From contig NMRA01000317.1 in NCBI GenBank assembly GCA_002633005.1, forward strand, positions 299,366 through 363,365: a stretch of DNA of 64,000 nucleotides, in the 5' to 3' direction. Below, piece by piece: positions 1-12,700 of the stretch. Numbering within the stretch: position 1 is the stretch's first letter; every line of letters begins with the position of its first letter. Origin of the DNA: Phoronis australis. Lineage: Eukaryota; Animalia; Phoronida. The notes beneath the pieces were generated by a model. The model ran no database searches. It was not told the origin of the DNA and saw only the letters and a list, made by a program, of their open reading frames with translations. The translations under genes and the position numbers were made by a program.

Positions 1-465
1 CTGGCTTAGGCTCACTTAGGCGTTGGGGTAACAAAACCCTAAATGTTAGCTTATGATTTGTCTCATGTGTTGAAAAATATTTTAAAATCATAGTGCAATT
101 CCCCTCGTCAGGCTGATGGAATAGTCTGACCCTTATTCGAAGGTAAACGAGTTAAGTACTTTTTGGTAATTAAAATTAGACTCAGACACGTAAAAAATAA
201 AAGTGGCAAATTTTGAGGGTGAGCGGTCAGCTAAGTATGGGCATTAACCCAGACAAGTACGGTAATATTACTGTAGTTTGGCCACTAATGATTTGTTCGT
301 TTTCGATACTGTCTTGATTTTTTTGTTCAATTATAAATGCAGTTAAACTCACATTCCACTGACAGTAACAAGTTTTAGCGTAGTGAGGATAAATGACGTA
401 ACATCTCCTGGCATGCAATATTAAAAATGGGCAGTTGCCGATTTGGACAATTGAACAAAGGAGTA

Positions 466-701
466 CAGCGGCAGATCTACCTTTTCAGTAAGGGCGGGTT
501 TAGGATTTGAGTTAATCCGAGGCGCGTACACCGAGCGGAAGGAACGTCGGGAGGGGGTTTCCCCCATCCCGTGTAGGATTTTTTGTGGATTTTCATAGCT
601 GATTTCATTTTTGTGGTAAAATTTTTTTCAATTTTTATTTTTGATCCTGTCCCGAGGGGGGGGGGTTTGAATTCCCTGAACCCCCTGTAGATCCGCCTCT
701 G
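466..701. mobile_element. MITE / non-autonomous DNA transposon with ~15-bp TIRs
   Basis: Begins CAGCGGCAGATCTAC (466) and ends GTAGATCCGCCTCTG (701), a near-perfect inverted pair, with an internal poly-G tract. A related degenerate copy lies at ~20497-20653 (CGGATCCAGGGGG...CCTGGATCCGTCACTG). Confidence 0.6.
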
Positions 702-1084
702 GAGTGCTCGAAAAAATGTTTGATCCCCGTCGGGAGTAATGTAATTGCTCGAGTTGATAGGAATTAAAGACATCGCTAGCTTCCCAGCCAAGGAAGGTGT
801 CCCTCTATGCGAGGCATAATTCACCAAAGCGGTGTATGAAGCGCCTATGGCTAAGTATGTGAGCATCACCGTCTCTACTGTGGCTACCTGGCTTAGCCTG
901 ACTTATTACTACGCCAGTTGAAACGGTGTTACTGTCAACAGAATGTGCCTGAATTCATTTTTGCTCAGAATGTAAAAAGCTCAACAGTCATAGTACCGTA
1001 CCTCGTTAAGAAGACGCCACACAGCAAAATCTATAAATCTATCAAGGTTTACACTCGTAATGTAAAAGGCACTAAAAGCTGAAA

Positions 1085-1446
1085 AGTGTTGTCTGCTAAA
1101 CTTTAAAAATGGCCGCTCTTGTCTAAACTAGTGCTTAAAAAAGAAAAATTTTCACAATTAACATAACTTTAAAAACATTTTCTTAGAAATCTAAAAATAC
1201 TTATTAATATATATTTCAAATAAGTAAATGGTTTTTGCTTTCGTATTTGAGAACTGGTATTTTTAAATTAAAACTTATTTCATAATTCTCAGCACTATGA
1301 TCCAGGCTATACTTACAACACTGTCCAACAGGCGGTGTAATGTCGTCTGCTAGCCTTTGGCTTCGTGATGTTTGATGTTTTGGTAGTCGAACTATGTGCA
1401 GGGTGTTAGCAGTCGTTCGTCACGAGTTTAGCAAGCTCGGGATATT
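1085..1446 (+). promoter_or_regulatory. Probable promoter and non-coding first exon of GLCE
   Basis: CpG-enriched stretch relative to its flanks, a YY1-like AAAATGGCCGC at ~1106, repeated GTCTGCTA motifs, and a consensus donor GTAAGT at 1447. The first coding exon at 23278 has a splice acceptor upstream of its ATG, so an upstream UTR exon is needed. Linking the two is inference. Confidence 0.4.
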
Positions 1447-4114
1447 GTAAGTACTCTAGTATGCATTTGCCTTTTACTTGGTATATCGTACTAGTAACAA
1501 GTCTCTTGACAGCATATTGATGCCGTTTGGAGATCTTTTGTATCGCTTAACACACTCTCACTGTCTCACTCTCGTTTCACTCAGTGCTTGATGCAAGATA
1601 CGCAGTCGCAGCTTTTTCGAAGGTTCCCGCCCGCAGCCGTTATACAATTAGTGGGTCAATTGTCTGCTAGTAAGTATAGTATGGTGTTGCAACACAATGT
1701 GTACAGCCTACATAACACTCAGGCTAGCTAGGTCTGCTGGCTGCCGATTTGGCGACACTGTCACTAGTCTAGTGACTAGTGTACGGACTACGTCTATTCG
1801 ACTATTGTCACGCTCCTCGACACCCTAGGGCTAGGCTACATAGTCCTTGACAGTACCACTGACTGTCTCAACTAGTTGTAGCGACGGTGGTCATCCCATA
1901 GCCAGGCCCTTAAAATTCTCCCAGATTCCATTTGGCAGTTCAGGGGTGCGAATGTGCAGGTGGGCAAAATCCTGGCTAATACTCTGCCCTGGCCCCCTTA
2001 ACTAATTTTCAAATCTGCGCTGAATGTTTAAAGGAAAAAAATATTCACCTACTCATTTCTTTCAAAAGGTAGCCAAACCTATCTAAACTACTGATTTGAA
2101 CCAATAGACTTGGCAATTCAGCAAGTTACCTCTTTCATGACCTTGATTTGATGTAGTTTTGATGGAAAGTAGTAGGATGCATTACTATACCAGCTGGGGA
2201 AAGCATGAAGAGAGTAAGGCTAGAAATTGATGGATCTGACTCGGCCTGAGTTTGCTGGTATCAAACGACTTTTTCTTTTTAAAATCAAGAAACTAACAAA
2301 AATCTGCATCACCCCTTCAATTTTGAAAAATCCCAAGATCAGAAATGATCTTATGAATATATGATATTGAAAATAATTAGATTTACTTTAAATAAATTTT
2401 AACATGTTAAGAAATCATGTAGAGATGTGGTTTTGGAGATGTTGAATTGGGTTCTGACAATCTTGGGCATATCCATGAGCCAAGTGAGTTGTCTTTCATC
2501 GCTTGTAAAAACTTAAACCTTTTGATTGATTTTTGTATCTTATTCAAAAGCTCAGACAAATATGTTTTACTACATTATGTAAACTTATGCAGAAAATTTG
2601 TACATTTATTTCAAGGTACAAGTACTTGAATGGTATTTCACCCTTGTTGGCGGACATTTTTTGTCTGGAAGTTTGTTATTGTAGACATGTATGTTTTTTA
2701 GCAGTTTGTTAATTTAATGTTTGTTTAAACTGGCCATGAAATAGTTGATTGTCACTAAAATGTCAATTGTAGTCAGTTGTTTACAACATACAATATTTTT
2801 GCACTTCATAAATAATTAGATGTGTTTTGTGTATGCTTCATTATTTATTTTTATTTCTCTAAAGTGATTTGTACCATGAAATCTATCCATGGAGGGGGCT
2901 ACAGACACATGACGCATGACCTGTATACTGTTGGCCTGAGTCACATGTTTGTCTCAAGTCGTATGCCATTCTGGTTTAGTTTTAGTTTGTGGCTCACAGT
3001 GTTGTTTTTTGATAGTTTTTTCAGAAAGTTACATTAATATCAAACCTTTTAAAAATGTAATGAACAGGACATTAGAATATTATCGGCGAAACAGAAACAT
3101 TTTGGTTATATATAGCTTTTGTCATTTTAACTTTTTGAATAGTTGTTCGACCATCCCTGTTCTTTTTGCTAAAATAACAACTTTTAGAATAAATTTTGGT
3201 TTAATTCAAGTAATTGTTATACTTAAATGCAAATTACAGTGTTACCAAAAATAGGTTACAAGTCATTAATGAATATGTTTAAATGTGCAGTATTTCTGTA
3301 ATCATTTCCATTTCTATAAACTTGATATTTTAGCTGCAGTGAAAATCCATGGAATCTTCAGTCTTGTCTGTTTTTCGTTCACTCTGTACAAGCATGTGAC
3401 TCATTCTTCTGCTCATCTAAGCCATTGTAAGCTTTATCTCAGTATATACGGCAAAACTCGCTTTATCTGTACGTGGTTAAAAAGACAATGGTTTTAAGCA
3501 TGTTATTATGCGCAGTTAATTAGTAGCTCAACTCACTTGAGAGTAATTTATTTATTTTGAAATGGTTTTGTACTGTTAATCGGTGATGCATGGTCTGGGC
3601 ATTGGCAAAACTCAATGTACCCATGTTGAATTGTTTCTGTCGTGTTTTCAATGTCCCACTTGTACTCACCCAGGTCAAGGCCAAGCGCCCACGCTGAGGA
3701 TAATTTCATTTTTCCACATGCCCACAACTCTGTTTGGAGTTAATTCTTAGCATTTCACTGTTTAAGTCACATTAAAATCAAGTTTAAAGTTTTTCTGATC
3801 CGTATTTGGTAATAAGATATCTATAGTAAACAAGATATGTATGTCGTATTTCAGCTCCAGTCAAAATAGCTTAAGGTATACAGTATAGGTTTAATCAAGT
3901 GTCACTTCAGAGCAACTGGCACTGATGCATGAATAGTGTGTCTGACTGGAAAAAGAACAGTTGTTTTCCAGAATCGTTTTGTAATCAGCTAGTACATAAT
4001 GGTAAAGACACATGTTCCTAATGGTTGTTTACTAGTCCCTGCCGGATAGGCAACCAAAAGTGCAAAAATTGTCTTAAAACAGGCTGATGTGCTTGTTAAC
4101 CGATTGTGTGAAAG

Positions 4115-4372
4115 GAGATTGATTTTATAAAATAGGATTGAATTCCTAAAATTCGATTGAATTTATGAAATGGGATTGAATTTATGAAATAGTATTGATT
4201 TTCTAAAATAGCACTGAATTTTAGTATTGGATTTGTAAAATAGGATTGAATTTATAAAACGGGATTCAATTTAAACAACTGGATTAAATTTTCAAAGTTG
4301 GACGGATTTTTATTTTAAATTTCTAGGGGTTGAATTTAGTTAATAGCATGGAGTTAACAAAATAGGATTTTT
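4115..4372. repeat. Degenerate ~21-bp minisatellite (consensus about GGATTGAATTTATAAAATA)
   Basis: About 10-12 imperfect tandem copies, e.g. ggattgaattcctaaaa, ggattgaatttatgaaat, ggattgaatttataaaac. Confidence 0.75.
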
Positions 4373-7066
4373 TACTTTTAAATAATATTTGCACTTTTTC
4401 TTGCACATACCACTGCACTCATTAAAAAAATTTTAATGTTTATGATTAAAAAAGTTGATTACAAAGTGACGTTTCTTTAATTTACAATACAAAATGATGA
4501 ATTTGTGCGATACTGTTTTGTCATTTTTTTTCAACAATAAGTGGTTTCAATCAGAAGCGGGTATATAATCGAACATTTGAAACAATCCAGAAAGTCACTT
4601 GAAACTGAATAGAATTCAAGAAATTTCACCATGAACTTGATAAGTTTAAAAATTGCTTTAAACTACATATCACCATGTTTAACTGGCGAAACAAAAAGTA
4701 AATTAGACCTTGATGGTCATAAATCAGTTTTATAATATTCCTTGTGATGATTACTAGAAATTCCATCCCCATTGCCAAATCAAATCACAGGCAATACATA
4801 CGTTTCTGAATGATTGAATTGAATTTATTTTTAGACAAGTAAATTTTGATATTTACACACACTTATGAACAAAATAATATATCTATATATAGATACATAC
4901 AATACTATGAAGACATGCAAAGGTAGGTTATGGCACTGAAGCATGCCACCGTAATTAAATAACTAAATATACAAAATAAATAAAAATTAAGCCATAGCAT
5001 TGTGAGTAATTGAGCTTGGTACAGTTTTAGGGTAGGTCAAAGTCTGGTGCATTTTTTTAAGTCACTGATGGTTTGGGCAATATGCAACTTTAAAGAGCAA
5101 TCAGAAGCTGTAATTGGTCAGAGAATGATGTCCAGGGCACTGTGTGCAGCTACCTTCTCATGTTTGTCAACAGGTGGTGTTTTATATTGTGTTCCCCTAA
5201 TCATCCATAATGATTGGTGTGAATGGGTAGCTCACATGCTAATGTGGTGCCTCTCTATTTCAGCATCTGGGCAAATAGTCCATATCAAACACTCAGAGAC
5301 CTGCTTGTCAGTTGTTTGCTGTCTTGTTGACCGTCAATTTAGTGAACTAAACTTCACTTGGCTTGATTGTCTCTGCTGAACAATGCTTCCTGTTGAGCCC
5401 ATTGAGCATATAATTGCACGTGTTTGCCCGCTGGTATAGAATAGCAGTAGTTCGGGTGAGGATTGAAAGAAATCCGTATTTTTTGTTGTGGCTTTTATCA
5501 CCTTGGTCTTTTCACTCACACGTGTTCTGTTATTGCTAAAACAAACTTTGAAATAACATGTTTGGTTTGCGTTCGTGGTGCAGGTATAAAATTATCACTT
5601 GCTGAAATTGAACATCACTAAGCTTGTCTTTGCCAAGTGTTCATACTTTAAAAGGTACTCCGAGGAGAGGTACATTTTCAGAACTAGTACCTTTTGCTTT
5701 TTTTAAAACAATATTTCTTTGAGGGATTTGCGTGGTTCTACTGGTAACTAAATTATTGAATTTGTGCATGTTTGGAATCAGTAAGAGTTGTGTGATAGGC
5801 CTACTTTATTGTACATTGGCTTCTTGCTTTATTCATTAAATCTGTCAATTTGCTTCTTTGTGTATTCATCTATTGTGCAAGACCAAAGCTTACCCATGTC
5901 TGTTTTCAATCTTTATCTGTGATTGCCTTGCTTTCACTACACACCCTATGTGTTATTATTTTATTGACACTGGGCTTATATTATCTGTCATCTCTTATAA
6001 TGATGGATCTTGAGATGGCCCATTCTCTTAACATTTTGATGCTTACCTTATGTCTTTCCTAACAATACCAGAAAATGTTATTACCTGGGGTGTTATTGCG
6101 TAATCCTCTTGATAGTTGTGTTAGGCCTGGGGCCACTAAGTTGAATGATCTATCAAAATACCCAACCCTTTCAACTGATTGGCTGTCAAAGGGCCCTGTC
6201 CAGACTTAGAGATCTTGTAGCTTGTGTTATCTTGTCAAGTGCTATCAGAGAATCAGGATGCCTGTGTTTTTCACTAGTCTGTTGTTGACAAAAGCAATGC
6301 TTATCAGAGAGATACTGAGGTAGGAGCCTGTAGGGACCTGTGGTATGAATCTATAAGGACCAATATTGGGCATTCAGTTGTAATTCCTAAGGTACAAGGA
6401 TGCCACAAAGATCTGTATTCTAAAGACCCTCTGGTGTAGTTGAGAGGTAAGATGTTCTGTTGAAAGATTTCATTGAATAGTTCTCTCTTTGGAGTTTTGC
6501 AATAGCTTGGTATGTTTTTTCAGCTACTCAACACTGGCTGATTGCTGGACCTGAAATGATTGACTGCATTTTTTAGCTTTGGTATTAGATAAGTGAAATA
6601 AAACCCAAGTAATTACCAAACTTTTCATTATTCACTATCAGTAGTGCTCTTTTTATCCCGTCCCCAAAAACTGTTAGAGGACTCCAGTTGAAATTCCGCT
6701 AAGCAGGATGGCGAGAGGCACATTGAAACTTGTGATAAAAGGTGAAATTCATTTCAATCATAAAAGCATTTTTGCCTTGACAAGTTTTCTAACCATTTAT
6801 TTTTGATCTAAGTCACAGGATATTCTCAGGAAAATTATGTCAGTGCTAAAACTTTACTTTTTTGTTTTCATTTATAAAAATCTGGCTGTTCAACTAGGCA
6901 ACCTACGCTGCAATGGGTACGGTGGTGATTTATTTCATTAAACTTATCTAAAGCAGCTCTTAACATGCACTTACTTCTTAAAAACAAAGTCAAGAAATAT
7001 TTTAATTTATGACATCATAGTGGACCTGAATATGTCTATGCCACTGCTGGCATAACCACAAGGTTT

Positions 7067-7176
7067 GGTAGTCGTCAGATGTAACGTGCCCACATTTTGA
7101 GAACCAGTTTTCTCCATTGAATTACGGGCATCAAACTGGTTCTCAAAATATGGGCAGGTTATATCCGACTATTGCC
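7067..7176. mobile_element. ~110-bp palindromic (fold-back) MITE, copy 1
   Basis: Arms ...TAACGTGCCCACATTTTGAGAACCAGTTT and AAACTGGTTCTCAAAATATGGGCAGGTTA are reverse complements; second copy at 17608-17717. Confidence 0.75.
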
Positions 7177-9578
7177 CAAGGTTCAGTTGGAATCAACATG
7201 TGACTTAATGGAAGTGGTAAAGGTTTGGAAGAGGTTGGAAATCCTTTCAGATTTCCTGAAGAGCATTGTTTTAGTTGTGCTTGTTCTGAATATTACCACG
7301 GCAACTTAAATTTACAGCAGTTAATATTTCAAAACCGATTTTATAGTTTGGATTTATTCTAGGGTCAACTAAACAGGAGGAAATGGGGTTTCAAAAATTG
7401 CTAATATAATTGATTATGATGTACCTGGTAGTAACTATAAAATTGGTAATGGTGAGAGCTAATTCAATGGATCAGAGTGTTCTGCCTTGGTTGTAGTATG
7501 TCTGGTGCAATAGTGTGCACACAGCTTTGGCATTGTACATGACATTACTTGTTATGCTATGTGGAGTTTAGTGCAATAAACATTTGACCAGATTCTGATA
7601 AAAATGCTATTAGCCATATGGTATTCCATTTCAGTTATAAAGATCCTGTCTGCCAGTCTAGAGAGATTAGTTTGCCATAGTAAGGCAAATTGAACAGGAA
7701 ATTTCTCTGTGTCTTCGCTCTTCAAGAGAAATATTGCTTGAGTAAAATTTGCCGGGGCACCCTAATCTTAAAATTGCCGGGAATTTCTTTATTAATTATA
7801 GTGAACTTAATTGTGTTAATTACCTTAGTCTTTATTAGTAATGTATTAGCTCAATGAATTAACACAAATTAATGTATTGATTCAAATTTATTAATTATAG
7901 TGTAATTTTTAAAATTGAATACTGACTCAACGCCAAGACCAATTAATTTCGGAACAGTTTCTTTAGAAAAGCTTTGCCAAGGCTTCCAGGGGATTTGTTG
8001 AACATAAAAACTCCCCTGCTCAGTGGCAAAATTTGTTAAGTACCCTGTATAAACCATACAGACCATAGGGTCTCTTCTCAGTGTAGATGTTTGCACGTTG
8101 TGGTAATGATTGCCCACATCCTGCGTCATTCTGGTGAATGGTTTGCATCAGTCTACTTTTTCAAATTGGCTTGATTTTTACCGATGTGTGTTTGAGATAT
8201 CTGGTTTCTTTTGTTAAATAGCTTTAGGCTGTGCTTTATTCAATTAAAGGTATATCCCCCCTGGAGTTACTCAAAATGCGCCTGTCTCTTTAGCTGTCAA
8301 TGTTCCTGGTGTTTTTTTTTCACGTGTTGAGGACGCATGATCTTGTAAACCTACACTGTGCACGTGGTGGTTAGCGTGTCAAGTTACGTGTAATGCTCAT
8401 CAATTGAGCTTGCTACATTCGTTCAAATTGGCACACTGTGCAACAAGGAAAATAATTCTACAAAGTACAGTTTCCTGTCACGGCGGCTGTTACGGAAAAA
8501 TGACTAGCAATTGCAGTTATGGTGACAGAAGTCAAGTTGTACAATTGCTTTGCTTCCTAACTTTCCTGTTTATTCTCCCTATCATTCTTGGTCATCAGGG
8601 GAGACTATTCTGACGATAAATTCAACCCCCACTAGTTGTCAATGACGAGGAGTTTCAAGTTTGACTACTTTTTGTGCACACTGTATGGTGTCATTCTTTG
8701 AATTCTAAATATTCACATGGGGACATCGTTCACTTTGTGTTGGTACAAATGGGACAAACAGGCTCTTGAGAACTAGAAAATGTTATCGTGCAAAATGAAC
8801 ATGCATGAACAACTGGGTTCTGGACTAACCTCTGTGTTGAATTAAAACTGCTGGCCATAAACCATAGTCTAGTGTCAGAAAGGCATTCTTTGTTTACAGG
8901 TGTTGGTTTCAGGGAAACTCTCAGAATTCCCCTGGCAGTTTTACTGCTCCAACAACTAACACACTGTGACAGGTAACTTATTATATGAACCTTAAGCCTG
9001 AGGCAATACAAATGAGTAGTCAGTTCTTGTCCACCCTAGAAATTATCTCTAATGTAAGTAAGGAACAAGATGTAACCAATTTTATGACGTCAAGCAGTGA
9101 AACCAAAAGCTGTTTTTGGTACTATGGAATGTGCTGGCCTTTGTTCCTTTAAGCAGTTTCTTAAAAAATAATTAAAGTCCTTTGTTGTATTGTATTTGAA
9201 AACCATACAATAATTTTTATTCACGTTTTGAGGTGGAATCCTTCGTTTTGTTTTCTTATGACATAGAAAGTTTCTGTTTACAAATGGTGAATGGAGTTCA
9301 TTGTTTATGATGAGGAGAACCACTGCACCTGTTTGAGTTTGCTCTTGTCTTGACCTGAGTAGCACTGAGTGGGTCTGGCACTGGTGGCCAGAAAAATATT
9401 GCAGTTATTGCATAATCATTGTCTGACATATTCCATGCATCTATCCTTTGATCTGTGGTCTATCATTACCTAGAAGTTTAATGAAATTACTGAAATATTG
9501 GAAAAAATCTTTAAAGCTACATTTCGCTGATATGTAGTTGGCAATGTAGATTTGTTAACTGATCGGCTTTGGTGTTTC

Positions 9579-9775
9579 AAAGCATTACCATGCTCATCGA
9601 TCTTGAATTGTTGCCGGCAATTCGTCATGGGCAATACATATATGCACCCTTTTCTAATTGGCATTTTTGGGTTTTGCAACCCCTATAAACTCTGAGGCTT
9701 TCTTGAGTCGCAGATGATTTTGATGTTCTCGTTAGAAACGAAAGTAGAATCTTATCACGGTAAGGAATACTTATG
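9579..9775. repeat. Interspersed repeat, second copy at ~16040-16235
   Basis: Shared blocks CATTACCATGCTC..GATCTTGAATT and TAGAATC.T.TCACGG in the same order at both loci. Confidence 0.55.
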
Positions 9776-12700
9776 AAAATGGCTTTACAAGAATGAAAGC
9801 ATTATGTGTCTTTCATTTATAGTAACATTGAAATTATGGAAATGCAAATGTCTTGGGGAAGCTTGCCGAAAATCGTAAAAAATAGTATTAATTAGTTGCA
9901 TTCATTTAAGCATTTGTATTAATGAAATATAGTAGTAAACCTGATACTTGAGGTTTAGAAAAACGTTTTACTTTTATTAGCTTATGACAAATAGGTTATC
10001 TTTTCCAAGCACACTCTGCCAGAGCTCTACAATTCCTGGCCCAGAGGTACACCCGGATTCTGTCTTAATTGTGAATTTCCTGTGGGATAAGCATTATTTT
10101 ATATAAAAGAGTTGTCATGTGAGAATCTAGAAAGAATTTACTGCGTGCCTTGACCAGGAACTTTGGTTGCTGTCAATCTCTTCATGATGCTGTCCTAACC
10201 ACGGTAAACTGTTACTGTTGAGGATTGTTGTTCTTGGTTACGTTTTAGCTTAAATTTGTTACCCCAGCGCTTAAAAGCAAGCCTAAGCCAAACTGTGACC
10301 AACCCATCATAATCAATTCACAAATTAGTGCTCATTGCTTAGCCGCTATTTTGAAGAAAATCCTATTCACTAATTCCTCTAATAATGCGCCGATTTTAAA
10401 AGTTCAAAGACGGCTATTACTTACTTTTCAATTTTAAAAACAGTCATGTTGGTCGTTTGTATTACTTATTGCTCGGTTTTTGACTTTGAAACCCCTACGC
10501 TAAACGACTAGAGAGTAGCTCCCTTCAATCTGTGAGAGCACCATCAAGCCTTTGGTTTGCTGAGGACGTCGCTGGATACTCTGGCGTAAAAAGTGCATGC
10601 TTTCTCGTCCACTTGCGTGCAAATCTTGTTAGCGTGAGGTTTGCCTAATGATGAGCTTTGTTTCGGAAAGTGAGAGTTCCTGAAACTAGTGCGGAACACG
10701 TCTGTTGATATCTGATAACACATGGAAACGCCTTAAAACCATTGTGATATTGTTCATGTGAACCCGCACGAGATGGGCGCTATCATAATTATGATGCATG
10801 TTTTAGTAACTTCTCTTCTAAGTCATGTTTAACAGTAAGTTTATGTAACCCTAAAATAAACTTACACTGATGCTTACTCGAAAGAAGGACAGCAAAACAT
10901 TGAAAGCCGAATTTTTGGAGAGGTTTACTGGTAATTTAACTGATTGTTCAATGCCTTTGCAGAAGAGGGTGACTTTACAGAACAAAAGAGAATAGTAGAT
11001 GGTTTTTAGATGGTTTTTAGATAACACACTATGGTGTGTCAGCAAAGAAAGACAGTTGTTGGGATGAAGAGGAGTACTGTCAATGGGAATGTCTGTTCTG
11101 CGCTCACATGAGGGAGAAAATCTCATCTAAATTGCTTTTTCTCACTGGTTTTTAATAGTTTGTGACAGCAAGGATCTATTTCATGAAAGTGGCCAGTCAG
11201 AAATTAGGACTTACGCTTTGCACACAACAATTTCTGAAAAATAATTAAATTTCACTTGTGTGAGCAAAAGTTTGAAGTCCCTGAGAATATACACATAACT
11301 GCTAGTTACTGAGAAAATTTCTATAAATTATTTTGAGTGTGATAATTGGTCATCGTCTTCTTCATGAACATGATTCCACTAAAATGATGAGTGTTTCCAG
11401 TGAGTTCAAGTTAGGTTGCACTGTAGTAGCGTAACTAGGGCCAATGGCTGCATTTGAAGTTGTGCTGCAATGATGCCTTATATTGTCTTGAAAAATACAC
11501 ATTGCATTCAGATTCCACATGTAGTGTTCAAAAAGTAACGCAACAATGCAGTGCAGCCAATCAAAACTAACGCCATTGTTCATAACAGTCAGGGTTCAGC
11601 TTATTGTGAAAATGCAGACTCCATGTGTGGATGAAGTGCTGTAACAGACGAAATCACTCATGTTAAAATGCCACCCCCAAAAAGATAGTGGAATGGAAAG
11701 AGGACAAGATATGGTAATGTGGCAAAAAGTCTTCCAAATTGGCCCATAGATTTGAAGCCCTGTGAGTCAACTGACCCATGAAGACACCTTTTATAAAATG
11801 ATTTTTGAGGTTGTGAAAGTTATTGTGTTGATTTAAGATGGATCATTTAAAAATGAGTTGTTTAAGTAAACAGTCTGGAAACCCTAGATGTTATGCACAC
11901 TCAGTTAATTAATTGGCTGTCATCCCCGTCAGATAAGCTAACCAGCACTTTGGGTGCTTGGCTTTTTACCAACAGTTGAACTCTTGGTATTTTAAAGTCC
12001 ACTAATTCTTAATCAGAGTAGACGCTGGGAGCGGTAATCACTTGACTAATTGTTTTAGCGTAAAGGAAAAGTTCAAATCATAATCAGCGCTGATATTCTG
12101 AAAGGTAGGCGGGAAACGTCTCCTACTTGCGGGCATAACTCAATGAAGACTTGAACAAAAAGGTTTGTGGGTATTGAACTAAGGGAATTTGGTGAGTGGG
12201 AAAATTGATAATTAGCTTAGTTTTAGTGTCTTTTGTTATTACAACTCTGATGTCAGACCAATCAGTGCCTTGTGTGCAACCAGTTACAATTTTACATCAT
12301 GTATTTGTCATAACAAGAGTCAACCTTTAACGTAATTAATTATGCATGGAATTTGGTTACCACTTGGGGGTTTTGTTATTGTTGAAAATGAGCAACTTGT
12401 CTTGCACAGTGCCTGGCATTTAACAAATGACAGTTTATTTTGCTAACATTCAATTCTCCCTCATTCCTTCACATTATTGCTCACCCTATAAGTCTGATGT
12501 GAGATGTTGCCAGTGTCTATACCAACAGGGACTGTTTTTATTCTGATAAGGCCAACATGAGGTTTTCTTGAATTTCTTCTGTCTCCTCTTGCGCTGTCAA
12601 GCGCAGTGAAGCGGAAGCCAGTATATCAGACTCCAATCTCTCTTGTTTGTTTCATTTGGCACCTGGCTTTTGGCTGGAATAGGGCACCAACAAAGGTTTA

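Noticed and set aside
477-869. 130-aa minus-strand ORF as a divergent gene
   Set aside because: More than half lies in the MITE at 466-701, and there is no recognisable domain or splice structure.
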